Shown here: positions 36,656 to 50,200 of the stretch, piece by piece
How the letters are laid out: every line of letters begins with the position of its first letter
How positions within the stretch are numbered: position 1 is the first letter of the stretch
Source: Amoebophrya sp. A120
Taxonomy: Eukaryota; Protista; Dinoflagellata
Length of the DNA stretch: 64,000 nucleotides
Direction of reading: 5' to 3'
Assembly (NCBI GenBank): GCA_905178155.1
Contig: CAJINV010000015.1
Location: forward strand, 1,728,538-1,792,537
Notes under the pieces: generated by a model
Told to the model about the DNA's origin: nothing
Databases searched by the model: none
What the model saw: the letters and a program-made list of their open reading frames with translations, nothing else
Program-made: the position numbers and the translations under genes

Positions 36656-37417
36656 ATGCCGGAAACTCTTGTACCGAAGCAGCCCGCTCTTGCCTCGCAT
36701 GGTGTTACGGCGGTAGGAGTGGTCCGAGGACAACATCAAGCGGATCATGATGTTTCGTCATCTTCTACTACTGCAAAGGCCAAATCCGCTACCACTTCAT
36801 CAAAACAAGACCCTCACCTCTTCCCCACCGTGGACGAGTTGCAGGAGCTGACCCCGCGATCCAAAGTGAAAGCCCTGATCACCGACATCCGGGGGAAAGC
36901 GAACAGCATTAAGAAGGCGTTGGACCGGGCCAAACACGCCGCGAAAAACGTGGAGGCGGCGGAGGCGCTGGCGAGAAGACGAGGAGAGGAATTCTCTCGC
37001 GAGGGGGACGAGCAGAACCACCCAGGGGCAAGAGCCCGAGAAGCCACGTCCTCGCGCGGAGGTGTCAAAAGCCAACTTGGCGATTATGTCTCTGACTCGT
37101 CGTCGTCAACAGCCACAGCCGCGTCAGCGAGAACAAAGGAAACAGGACTAGCGCCGCGCCCTTCTGTGTCAGACAAAAACAACAAGGACCCCACGACCGC
37201 CTTCCTGGACTTTGAGAACGATCCGAGTTTCAAAAAGGAGCTGTTGCAGCAGTTTCTACAAAAGCTCTCAGCTTCGTGGCTGCGGGAGCTGCGGCCGGTA
37301 TTTTTGAAGTTGGAAGATCTGGAGAAGAAACTGTCCAGGTGCGAAGATTTGTTTTTCCGCGCCAAACACGCGATATTGGAAAAGGAACTGAGGAAACTGC
37401 TGGTGGTGCACAAGTGA
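36656..37417 (+). CDS. Hypothetical protein, ~253 aa, with helical/coiled-coil segments
   Basis: ORF with coding-like GC and codon usage; first in-frame ATG at 36656; no recognisable domain. Confidence 0.55.
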   Translation: MPETLVPKQPALASHGVTAVGVVRGQHQADHDVSSSSTTAKAKSATTSSKQDPHLFPTVDELQELTPRSKVKALITDIRGKANSIKKALDRAKHAAKNVEAAEALARRRGEEFSREGDEQNHPGARAREATSSRGGVKSQLGDYVSDSSSSTATAASARTKETGLAPRPSVSDKNNKDPTTAFLDFENDPSFKKELLQQFLQKLSASWLRELRPVFLKLEDLEKKLSRCEDLFFRAKHAILEKELRKLLVVHK

Positions 37418-38428
37418 CGACGGCGGTGACGAGGGATACTCAAAACTTCCACAAAGGTATTGGATTTTTTTCGGCGAGACAGCCAATGTGAAAGAATGTG
37501 AAGAATTTCGAAAGAATGTAGTACAAAATCAAAAGGAAAAGCAACTCTATAAGTGGTTCAGTATTATTACCACGAGCATCAATCGGTAAAAACGCAAAGA
37601 GGAACACGGAAATAAAGGGTAAGAGGCGAAGGAGATTAGGCATTCAAGAACCGGGAGCGCGCGTTGCATTGAGGAGCTGCAGCCAGCCTTCTCATTTCAG
37701 CAGAACAAGTAGCACATACTTACATTAGAATCGAGATCATGATGAAGTGAGAAAATGAAAATGTCGATCAGGACGAGTTCAGCATCTGCATCACGAAAAA
37801 TCAAGATCAACTAAATACAGCATGCAAAGGGAAGCCAGACCATTTCTAAAAAAATGTGTAGTGAAGAAAACAATTGGATTGCAATTTCGGTCGTTCCTCG
37901 GTTGAAGATGTCAATGAAAAAGTCACTCTTGCTGGTGCGAAATCGAAAAATTCCACGTGTGACAAAGATAAGATCGTGATCCCGCCGCTTCAACAGATGA
38001 TTTTGAAATTGATTCGCTATCATGCGATTGACGCATTGGAAGGAAACCAAAAACATCATCATGTATGAGTATCATCTGCAGGATTCCACCACCTCCTCTA
38101 CCCCATCTTAGAAAACCTCCACTACACCGCTAGCTCTCTCCTATTTTTTCGTTCAAGTTCTTGCTACTGCATACATCCTACACAATTATTTGCCAACGAG
38201 TTCAGACAAATTAACACACAAATAAATTGAAAACTGCCGAGAATCGTAATTGAAACTTTTTTATTGCACCTTTTTCATACTTGAGCAATTTGAATTTCCG
38301 TTTTGCATCTTCCTCAAGCTGAACTTTTCGCAACTGTTGATTATTTCTGCTGTGCTACAACAGTAACAGACACTTTCTGTTTCTGCACATCTTTCACAAA
38401 TAAACCATAAAAATCGAAAACCATTGCC

Positions 38429-41400
38429 ATGGCACCTCCGAAGTCGCGTTTTTCCTTCGTATGTGCCCTTGTTTTCGGCACAACCGAGTTCCTTGCAAAA
38501 CTCCAAGCCACTGCTCCCCGACGTCCCTACTCCACGCCGGCTTTCTCCCGACACAACAATCGAAGCAAAGCGGAAAAGGAGGCTTTCCCCGATAGCGTTT
38601 CGTTTTTCTACAAGGCGAACGGTGGTGCTGTTGGTGACACTTCTTTGTTTTCCGGCGCAGGAGCAGCTCCAGGACATCAACTTAATGAGGTCGTGAAGGA
38701 CAAACTCGATGAGGATCACTCACCTCTACTTCCATTAAGAATCGTCCCCTCCACCCTCCCAGTGACGAAAGTTTTGGAGATTCTGAACGCCGATTTCGCT
38801 TTCAAAAAGAACCAAGAGGTGAAAGAGTTCCGCTTCGTCTGGTTCCCGTATGATCTACTCGCTTTGACCGATAAGCGGTTTCAGAAGTTTGCGAGCAACT
38901 ACGAATTGGCGACGTTCTCCGTGCCGGAGGATTTGGAATTCACTTCTGGTGCTGGTGACAGAAACACAAACAGCATTTCCACCACCACCACAATCGCTTC
39001 CGTCGCGGCAAGCCTTCACAAGCAATTCCTGCGGAAAAAACCAGAACACGAGCAGCTATTCGACGCGAAGCCGCCGTTATCCTGTGCAAAAGTATCGTAC
39101 TCGTATTGCAGTCATGCATTACAAATTTTTTTCTCAAGGTAAATTCCCATTACAAATTTCATTTCTCATGCTGAGGAAATTTGTAATGCATTTATACGAG
39201 TACGATACTTTTGCAGTTCATAGCCGTCTTTGCGTCAGGTTTTTGCGCGGGTGGAAGTGGTGTTTCAGCCGGTCGTGCCGATTGTGCTGACGGTGGAAAA
39301 TGCAGGAGTTGCGGGGAACAGGACGATGAAATCGTCGAGAAATAGCTCGTGCAACACAAGAACCTTTAAAGTCAATCCCTGGGTGAAAACCCGTGACGTG
39401 CTGGACGAACTCGATAATTTCAGCCGGCTCGGGAACCGGGGACTTGGGTTCGGGTCGGTTCTGGAACCCATAGAAGTTGTTCCACTGCATAATTTATCGA
39501 AGACTGCTGGAGCCGACTCTACTTCTTGCGCCAGTGCTGAACAGGAAGAGAAGCAGCTGCAGGGTCATGATCAGGAGAACGCTTACTATGTGAGCAAATT
39601 TTCCTTCCAATACCGAGAGCCGGAGTTCGGATCGACGCAGTTTGCCACTTGGGACCGGGAAAGAGATCTGATCCAACACTACAGCGAAACGTATGATATG
39701 CAGGGACTATCGCTGTTCTTGTGGAATCAGATCGACAAGGAAATCGAGATGAAGCCGGGAATGAAAAAGGTCAGGGAAAATATGGTGGTCACAATGGTCG
39801 CCGAGACGAGAAAGCCAGCAGGGGTGTCTCTCCTGCCAACGGTAGATGCACCGTGTAGTTCCACTGCGACAGATCCTGCGGTCGTTCCCGTTCCCGTAAT
39901 AATATCTTCTTCCCGCAGAGGCCGGTCCGTGCCAGCTGGACATCAGGGGAACAATAAAGCGACAGTGGGAAAACAAGATACGGTGGTGAGCGATCCGACG
40001 TTCTTGCCTAAAATCCCTCTTCAAGATTCTGGTGACCACCACCCCCGTCAGAAAGAAACTTTGTCAGTCGCCGAAGCCGTGGAGCTGTTTTCGAGTTACA
40101 CCATGCCCGCGATTGCCGGGTCCCACCGGGGACAGGGTGCGGTTCACGGTGACGTCGCTGTGCCGGAGATCACAGTCGGCGGGCCGCGGCCGCCATTGCC
40201 CGCGTTTGGCGTCGTGGCTGGAGCGGAGTTGTGCGGAAACTCCTCGGCGTCTTCCGCGGCCTGCTCTAGTGAGGGCGGTGCATCGAACTACGCGGATTCC
40301 AATGCATCGAATGTAACCGCGTTCAGCTTCAAAGGACGTAAAGACGTGCAGCCGAGTGGTCGTGCCGGATCAGCCGAAGGTACCAAACAAATAACGAAAC
40401 GCACAACGCTTCGCGACCGAACCCACCTTCCGAATCTTACCATTTCCACCAGCAAAGCTGTAGTTGCACCAGGACCAGCAGGAGGTAGAAGTTCTAAGGA
40501 TGAGAAAACGTCTGAGCATGTTGATCTCGAGCCCCCTGCAACTCCCCGGTCGTCCACCAGCACCGAATCTTCTCGGAGTTACTGGGAAAAATCTAGCCCG
40601 AAACAGAGCTGGCTGGACAAAGCGAAGCAGGCGAGACTTGCGGAAGAGGGCAAGTGTGACGATTTGGACAATTTGCATGAGATGCAAAAGTGCTTTGAAG
40701 ATCAGAAGCGCAAGAACTACGCTCAGGCGGCGGTGGCACTAAGGGAAGAAGTTGCGAAAGGATTCTCGCCTTCTGTTGCTGGTGCGCCGGCGGACATAGA
40801 AGTTCTTCCCGCTTTTCCTGTTGATGATGTTCCAGCTTTTCCAGTCTTGGGTGATATGAGCAGTGGTACGCCGGCACCAGGACCTGGTGTAACCGTCCAA
40901 GCTGCAACAGCAGCAGCTAGCAGTCAAGATGATCAGTCACATCAGCCCGACCAACAAGAAGATGCTTCGTCCTCCGACAGCAGCACTCCCCCCGGGCGCA
41001 TGACGCTCTCTGAAATGAGCCGAGTTCTGGGAATCCGTAGAGCTGCAGGTCCTGTTTCTGCAACTACTGAGCGAAATGTTTCTTCGTCCGACAGCAGTTT
41101 CACTCCGCCAGCCCGCATGACGTTGCGGGACGCGAGCCGGATAATTTTGGGAGAAAACCAAAACTCCCTTGCGGCGAAGGCGACGCCACGCGCTGCGATT
41201 GTCGGACGGGAGATCTATTCTACTGCCGCAAGAGGAGTTTCATCTTCGGACATCTCTTCTTCAAATGGCGCCGCACTTGCGAAAAAATCCGTCTCCGACC
41301 TTGCCCGCGAACTGCACCGCGCGCAGCGCACGGAGAGACCGCTGAACTTCGAGTCTTTTGTGAAGGGCCAGCGAAATTTATCCAACGACAGCTCGCGGAC

Positions 41401-42430
41401 GAGAAGCGCTTCAGCTTCTGGAGCCGCGTCAAAAGATCGCGTAGTTGCAGCCGGCTCTCGGTCGTCCGCTGCGGGCAGACGCTTCGGCTGGCCTTCGACT
41501 CTTCCCTCCTCGAGGAGTAGCAGCAGCAGCACGAACTGCATGAGCAGACGCGGGAGCGTGCAAAGACGAGGAACTGATGGTTCCCAGCAGGTGGTCCAAC
41601 AAGTCGCGGCTGGTGCACAGCCTGCTTGTAGAAGTTCTGTTGCCGCGCCATCGGCTCCTGTTGTAGCTGCACCTGCGCAAGCACCTGTCGTGACCGCAAC
41701 TTCTGCTGTTGACCGTCGTGTTTCTTCGCCGTCCTCCAGCTCCTCGTCCGGAGATTCCTTCCTGCCAGTCAGAAGAATTCAAAGACCTGCCAGCCCCCTG
41801 CGGCTCGCAGCCGCGGTTGGGATTGTGCCTGCGCAAGTAGGAGCTAAGGATGTTGATTCTACATCTGCGAAAGAAAAAATCTTATCCCCTAACTCGAGGA
41901 AACTGGCGTATTTTCAGAAAATCGTCGATGACGCTGTAGACGCCAGGGATTTATCGTCCTCCAGCGACGAAATTTCAGCGAGAAGACGGGCCGCGCGGCG
42001 ACGGGGACCGGAGGCCACCAGCCGCTCCTTGCCCCATGCTGGGGCAACATCAAACACTTCTGGGGGAACCGCGTCGCGCCGAAAGCGCACCCCGCTGCAG
42101 TATTCACCGCCGAGTCCGCCGCGGGACGTTTCTGGTGGTTGCAACAGTCGGCGAAACAGAAGTCGGGCGCCGGCCGCAGCCCGTGCCGGTGGGAGAGAAC
42201 ACGCGAAAAATTATACAGGTTCTTGCTTTTTCCCCACGGCTGGTGCACATGGAACTGTGGAAATGGAAGGAAAGTTCAAAGGTACGTTCACGGGCCGATT
42301 GCGCTTTGATGCAGCTTCGACGAGCGGAGCACAGGAAGATGGAGTTTCGTGCAGCGAGGAGTCAGAAGGCTCTTGGTTGTCGGTCAGCGCTCGTCCTGGG
42401 GCTTCGTCTGGGGCGTCGAGCTCTTCTTAA
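38429..42430 (+). CDS. ~1283-aa Ser-rich low-complexity putatively secreted protein with one introner (39078-39222); paralog of 44264..51703
   Basis: Element + 5 nt removal joins ORFs 38429 and 39230 (KPPSLRQVFARVEVVFQ). Shares EFRFxWxPxD, ELFSxYxxPxIAGSHRGxGxVxGD..PExTVGGPRP and a C-terminal FKG..G..F block with the paralog. Confidence 0.82.
39078..39222. mobile_element. Introner family D
   Basis: DR gccgt/gccgt; empty site in the paralog at ~45025. Confidence 0.93.
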
Positions 42431-44263
42431 GGAAAATAAAGAGAGGTCGTGTGCAAGAAAGCGAAGTGTGATCATCATGAGTAGTGCATTGTTATGCTTT
42501 GGTTTTGATGCATTTTCTTTTTCATGCAACTTAGCATGGTATAGGTATGATAGCAGAGTAAGTAGAAGTTGCATTAGCATTTATAGGATTTTGATGACTG
42601 TGACTGTCAAGCTCAAGCCATTCGACTTTTGGTCTAGTAAAAAATCTGAATTAGAACAAACTGAATCTTGCATGTAGTAGCAGTAGACAACGATGGTGGA
42701 CTTCCTAAATTAATGACATTGCTAGGACTCGTCTCTAACCCTCATGTCGACATCTATGGAACATTTTTCTTTGTTCCAAGCTAATTAAGACGAACACAGA
42801 CCTGTATAGAACCGAATTAAAACGTAATGTACACAATAACCGCAAAATCGATTTCATTTTCATCTATCTACCATAAAAACTCAACAAACTGTTAGGCAGA
42901 TGGAAAAGCGTCGCTGCCCAACTCCTCTACTGGTGATCCTCTCAACATTGACAGACGATTGGCAGCACGCTTTGCAAGTCTTCTCCATTTTTTTTTCGCG
43001 GCAGGCAGCGCAATACAGTGCAATAAGTAGAATGAGCCCCTATACTTACATGCATAGCGATAGCCACGTAGCTGTGCTGCGAAACCTTGACAAATGACTT
43101 TATTTGATGCTTTATTTCTTTCTAGACAGGAACAGGTTGAAGGCTTCCGTTCAAGCGGAATTACAGCAAAACTGAGTAGAAACTCATGAGGAGAATCTAC
43201 GACGGTCGTGACGTTGACCATTTGAGTTTCCCTCGATTTGGTGGCACTCATGCGACGTGTGTGTTTCTTATCCTTTGCACCCTCCGGCGATCCTACCACA
43301 TACTCATAGAAAATCAAACTGACAAGCACGAAAAATGAAATCGATCTGAAATGGAGAAGAAGCAGGACATCAAAGAAGAGCAAATGTCGATCAAAGTTAG
43401 GTCTTTGAAATGAAATTCGAAACATTTCTGCAAATCGATTTCTCTTGTCGACTTTCCAACATGGCATTTACGAGAACAAAAAATTTATCCAAATTGAAAT
43501 TGGAAGATCAAAGCTCATGCCAACCTCTCGATGCACCAAAATATTATAAATCTTCTTCTTCACACGCACACCGTCACCGCTAGCAATATCAATAAATCAA
43601 AGACAGAAACAGGAAAACGAAAAAACAAGTCTCGTAGTAGAGTAGAAAACGCCGCATCCAACAAGCAAGAAGAAGAAAGAGGGGTTCTTGGTAAACCAAC
43701 GCTTTCAAGGTTCGAAAACAAGATCAATTTCCGAAAAGTCAGAAAACTTCTGCAACCATTACCATTCCATTACCGTCTGCATTCTAAGTAAACATATTGC
43801 ATCAACCTCTGCATCCTAGTAGTCGTGACGATAATTCGCTCAGTTTTTCATTTGCACAAGCAATTTACTGTTACTGCATACACCTAAAATTTAAATTTCA
43901 TAGCAAAACAAATAGAAATACGCTGCAACGTTGCATCTGCAAACCGATTCTAACTTGCACATTCTCGGCGTGTTGTATTATTTTCTAGCGAAATTGATAC
44001 GCATCAAGCGCATTTTTCTTAAATAGGAGATTTGAAAACAGCGTGAAGGCAAACTGGAATCGTGGTGGAGCACGAGTAGAAACCTGCACCTGCAATATCT
44101 CGTCGCACCTGCAACGACTTCCCCTGCCATCTTCTAGCTGTACTGCGTACTACTAGACACCAGCAAAGGTTGTAGTTCACCTCCTGCTCCCTGTACTACT
44201 CACTGTCTACTTGTTCAGTGCATCAATATTAATAATCGACTGTGCCCCAAGACGACCGCAAAA

Positions 44264-47200
44264 ATGGCTCTGTTCCACGGTAACACTTATTTCCGCTGCA
44301 CCACGGCCGTCGTCGTCTTATCCTCGTTCTTTACCACCGGCGCGCCAGCGTCGCAGCATAGTTCTACTTCAGGAGTGCACGAGCCGGAACAAGCGGAACT
44401 ACTACAACCTCCATACGAGGAGAGTCAAACGACCTCTCGTTTTGACACAACGAACGCGCCGCATTTGATCAACTTTTTCTACCGGAAAGATCTCTACACA
44501 ACCCCCGAAGATAAAAAAATCGGCCGAGAGCTCGTTGCGGCGGCGAAGGCTTTTCCGAGCAGCTCGGCTTCCACTGAGAACCTAAAACGGTACAACGCGC
44601 CGGAGGAGTTTGACATCCGCTCTTCGGCTGAAGATGTGGTTGATGTGTCTGGAAGTAGTCGTCGTGAAAAAAGGACGCAGGAACAAGATGCCCCTCTGAC
44701 CCCCCTGTGGGCGGTGAAGGAAGATTTCTCTTTGCAGTCCTTGGTGAAAATCCTGAACGAAAAGGTTTTCCCGAGTACCCACCGTCGTGGAAGAAACAAT
44801 TTGGAAGCGATCGAGTTCCGCTTTTCCTGGTATCCGAGGGACGATTTCGCCGAGGTTGCGTGCTTACCGCCGGAAACAGGCCCGGTTTGCGCGGAGTCGA
44901 GTTACGTGATTGTGGAGAAGATTTCGCTTCTGGAGGCGACAGTACACAGTACGACGTCTGCTCCAACTGCGGGAACGTTGGCCAAGCGTTTGCACGCGGA
45001 GTTCGTCAGTTTGGGAAAAAATGGACCGTCGCTGAAGCAAGTCGCATCGAAAATTGAGGTGGTGTTTCAGGCGATTGACATATCAATCGGAGCTGCTGGT
45101 GGAACCGTTGTTGTGGGGACGCAGACAAGTGCTGGCGCTGTTGTGCCACCTGGTGCCGCTGAGGGTGCAGCTGACCAGTCTGTATCTTCCTCTTTCCGCC
45201 CGCCCGTGGTTCCTTCCCGGCCCCGCCGCCATAGCAGCCCGGCGACCCGTGGACAAGTTCTTGCGCAGCAGCAGGAACCTGTGCCTGTAGTTGGGGAGGA
45301 GCTGAGTGAAAAGGACCCTCTCTCTAATGTTATCCGTCGCTCCACCTCCTCCTCCCTGCGCAGCAACAGTCGCGGAACGCCGCGGTCGCCCGCGATGCCT
45401 TCGATTTCCGAAGAGGATAGAGCCGCGGCAGTGGCGGGAACAAGAAACCAACGTTCTCAAAATCCTACTTCTTCGCGTGGTGACCACAGCCGGGACCAGT
45501 CCTCCGACCGGGATAGGAGTAGGAGCAGTTCCGTCTCTGTTTCCGAGGGGATTGAGCTCTTCTCGCAGTACAAAGTTCCCTCCATCGCCGGGTCGCATCG
45601 GGGCAAGGGAAGCGTTTACGGCGACGAGGTCGTGCCGGAGGTGACGGTCGGGGGGCCGAGGCCGAGAATGTGGAACAAGTATCCGTCGAAAGAAAGTGAA
45701 ACAGCGGAACAGAGTCAGGGTGGTGCACGTACTACGTCGAGCATCGCTAGTTCTTCTGGTGCAAGAACTTCCGCTGTTCCTGCGGGAGGAGCTGCGACCA
45801 ACCCTGTTCGTCCACAACAGTTGCAACAGGGCCAGGTCGCGGAACAGCAACCGACTCTATTACCTTCCGATGTAACATCCATCGCTGAAGCTTCCGGAGC
45901 AGCTGCGACGGGGGGACAAGCTCAAGCTGCTTTAGCTGCAAGTACAGCTGTTGAGCAACCAACCGCGCCGGGCGAAGGTGCACCAGGTGCAGCCTTGCTT
46001 CCAGGTCCACCGCGCCAAAGACGGTGGAGTAGACGGCTTGGCAAGAGCGTTGCTGGGTCTGAAGGGTCCGAAGCCGGGTCGTCCGCTTCTTCGTCGACTT
46101 CCAGGCATGATAAAGAGCGCAGCAAAGACGAGCTTGTAGTTCCCATCGCAAAAAAGCGCGCTGCTGATTTGGTGGATCATCATGCCGCTTCGGCGGGCAG
46201 CGACAGTTCTGCGCCGGCAGTAGCCTCAGCACGTGGAGGCTCAAGCTCAACAGCCGTTCTTCCTGCGCTGTCTGTCGCAAGAACTTCTACCGGGGATGTG
46301 GTACTTGGCCAGCAGGAGCAAGGTGCTATCAATGTAAATGTGAACGAAGTAGAGGGCGCGACTGTGAACCACGGCAGCCCCGCTTCCAGTTCGTCGGCAA
46401 AGTTCACTGCGGCGCAACAGGAAGAGGCGGCGCCGTCCTCGGACGGGGAACACAGTTCGGGCGCTACAGTTCCTGCTTCGCTGTCCGTGGATCAGGACCA
46501 GGACCGAGAACAGGCATCCTCTACTGACCAGGATCGAACCGCCGGCCCTGAAAGGCTCTATAATCTGCCAGGGGGGACGCGAACCCCAGCTACCGCGTCG
46601 AGAAACACGGAAGCCTTTATCCTCTCCCCAGCTGGAGGTGCTCGCGCGACACCAGGAGCCTTAGGCTTAGATGCAACGGCCCTCGCTGACACAGCCAACG
46701 CAGAGACTTTTATGCTTTCGACCCCTGCGGGAGGTGGAGGTCCGCCGGGTCGTGCCCGCGCCGCTGGGATTTTGGGCGTAGACGCGACGGCCCCAGCTGA
46801 TATGACGAATGCCGAGTTGTTTCGATTGTCAACACCTGCTGGAGCTAGTACTGCTGGAACTTTGGGTATGGATGCGCTAGCCCCGGCTGACACTATGAAT
46901 ACGCAGATGTTTATGCTTTCGCCTACTTCTGGAGGAGGAGGAGGCACAGCGGCGGAGGAGCACCAGCCGGACAATAATCGACAGCTGCCTTTCCAAACTC
47001 AGAGGTTTAACAGCCGCGACGTGCACGGTGGACTGGAAGCGCCCGCCAACGTCACGGCTGATGTGGGCCTTTTCACTTTATCCGAGGGTGAAACAGGAAC
47101 CGGGAGTGGCACAGACGGGAATTCTTATGCAGCAGGAGTGCGGCCAAAAGCAAAAGCTGCTGCTGGACGTGGCGTAGCCCCCGCTGCCGCAGCTCCTGCT

Positions 47201-50200
47201 GTTCAGGCCTCCCTTTCCGATTGGTGGAACGAAAGACGGCCGGGTACTAGCGCGCATGTGCCAGCAACTGATGTGGCTGCACAGCCCCCAGTTTCTCTTT
47301 CTTCCGAGGGAGAGAATTTTAATTCTGGCCGAGGACACGACGGGATCGATGCCGCTGCGCCAGCTACAGGGACCGACTCGGACTCGACCGAGCTACGCAG
47401 CGATAGAAGCAATGGAACAAACTTGTTCATGATCCGGGGCGGGCCAAGGGTCGGTGCGAGTGCGACGAGCGGAGCACCATTGGGAGGAAGTAAACCAGTT
47501 GTACAGGTGCGCAGAACTGCTGCCGATCGCAGTGCATCCTCGAGCAGAAAAAGCACTAGCAGGAGGTCTGCATCCAGTTCCGCAACTTCGCAGACACAAG
47601 GAAGCAGTACTAGACGGCTTTCCAAGACACGGACTCGATCGAAATCGACTAGACGGGAAAGGACTGCTTCTGGCGAAACTGGAGCAGCTGCTGCTTCAGC
47701 AGGACGAGCTTCTCATGCGGATACCGCTATTACACCTCCATTGGCTAGGACGGGCACTGAGAGTGCCCCCAATCTCACTGGCAACGGCCACGAGTCACGT
47801 CAAACCAACCCGCAGCGGGGGCCGCATCACGTCGACGATTCTGACCTGGTGAACTTGCAAGAGATCCGTTCGAACCTACTTGACATCCGAGGAAAGCTGA
47901 TCGCGGGTTTGCCGGGAGCGAATGGGACTGGCCGCGGCCCGGCACCGAGTCCGAACACTGAAGGTGGTGGGTCGTCGTCATTTTCGAGTGGATCGAATTC
48001 TGCTGGCCCGACTTCGAGTCCTGCTGTAGTGGAGGGAGAAGAGGGACGAGGGGTTGCGCAGCAGGTAGAGGCTTCCCGCATCATGTCAGCAGGACCTCCT
48101 ACCGGAAGAACCACGACTCCAGAGCCAGCTGAGGTTTTCGAGATCGTTGGCGACGATTCGCCTGTAGGAGCAGGAAAAGCGAAGCAGTCAGCAGCGCCGT
48201 CTGCTGTCGATGCCGGGAGTCAAACTACACAATCATTGGTCATGTTCGAGCGTGTTGACGATTATTCCCTGAAAATTACCCATCCCCATCCAATTTGTCA
48301 TGCAAAACATACATAAAATCATGTGTTTGCCATGCAAAAAGTGGATGGGGATGGGTAATTTTCAGGGAATAACGATGCAGCTCCGGTTGATATGAAAGAC
48401 AAAGATGTTGTTCCAGCAGCGCCGGAAGAAGTTAGTGTTGCAGCACCAGCTGCGCCAGCTGCTCCTGCTGTAGAACAGCCGTTCAACCCTCCCGCGAGAA
48501 GAGCGCTACCCGCGGTTCCGACTAAGATCAGCGAAGCTGCGTCGGCAGCATGTTCTGCTAGTTCTCCTGCTTTCTTGCAGTCAGACACGACCGGCTCTAG
48601 TGTTGCGCGGCCACAGGAGCAGGAGCAGGATTCTTTGGTGTGCGGTACGGATACAACAAGGTCAAGGAGAGATACAACTCGCCATCGTCGCCTGACCTTG
48701 ACCCGCGAACCCCATCACGGAGATATCTGGGATCAGCACCGCGCGCAGTTACGCCGCGGTGAGCGTGATGTAGTAGCTCCTGCGCAACAAGGAAGAAGTC
48801 GCGCTGGTGCGGCTCAAGATGAACAACAAGCACCATCGAGCACAGTTGTGCAGCATCAGCCTCCGAGCAAAGCGATCGGAAGGAGCTCTTCTACCGCTGC
48901 GATTGAAACAAGAAGTAGAAATACCGCTCGTAGTACTGCAGTCACTACAGTCCCCCGCAGACTGCCCTCCCCTCCTGCGACGTGGCCGCCGCCGCGAGAG
49001 GGAGTTGACGCGCCGAATCCTTCCTCTGGAATTGGAAGTCAGAGGAGCGACAGCCCGCCAGCTCGGCTTGCTAGTACCAGAGACGGTGAAGACTTGGTAC
49101 AACGCATGACAGATTTCAAGCGAAAAACAGTGGAAAGAGCGAGAGCGGCTTCCTCCGGTGCCATCGAAGCGGGACGTCGAGGAGGGAAAACAAGTCGGCG
49201 TGGGGAAGCAGCGTTTGTCCTTCACCCCCCCGCGCCGACACGCCTGCCCGCGGCCCCGGTGTCCACTGGTACTGCGGATCGCTTGAGAGGTCGAGGTAGC
49301 AATGGGCCACGGCAAGAAGTTACTGAAATGTTTCCGTCCTCCAGGCCAGCTCCTTCTACAACAACTGGAGCTAGCGCAAGAGGACGCTCCAGCACGGGGC
49401 GGGACCAACATGCGACAAGAGGAGCTACTTCTTCTGCAGCAGATCGACAGACTCAACAGCAAACAGGGCCTCCTCGGGGCCAGCTCCAGCACCAGAGGGA
49501 CTACAAAACTGAACCTCGTGCAGTCAAAGATCCATCCTCCGACTCTGACGAAGATCTTCACGATGTTGGCCTTCGCAGTGTCATTCCGCCGCGGCAGCAG
49601 CGGTTGAGCGACATTTTCCACCTCCGCGAAGCACGCAGGCGCGGGGAAGAACACAAGAGCAAGTTCGGTGCCGGTGCTGCTGGTGGGGCGAGCTCGTCCT
49701 CGGGACCACTTGCGGGAGGTCGTACAACTGTTCCTGCTCCAGCCCGCCGTGCGTCCAGTGCCGCGGCGGTGATGCACGACGCCAGACCAGCAGACGCTTC
49801 GTCTGTCTCGACCGTTCAGGCGGACCACGAGCATCAAGCACCTGCTAAAACAAATCCCTACCAGACTCTAGTCGACCGCGTTGAAGAGGAGGACACGGTT
49901 CTGCAAGGCGATCTTTCCTCCCTCTCCCCGCCGAAGCCGCCCAGAAGGAGCCTGATGGAACGGGCGCTGTCCCAGCCGGGAGTGAAAATTCAGCACCCGC
50001 CGGAGCACAAATCGTTGGTGGACCGGTACCTAGCGATGGGACCAACTCCGATCTCGCACCCGCCGGGAAGTTCAACGTTGGAACAGGCGATGAAGCCGAG
50101 AAAAAGTTTGGTCGAGCGGTATCTGGAACAGCCGGCAGAACCGATGCAGCACGCACGACCGGAGAGAGGGAGTTTTGCTGCTGGCGGAGGTGGAGGACGA

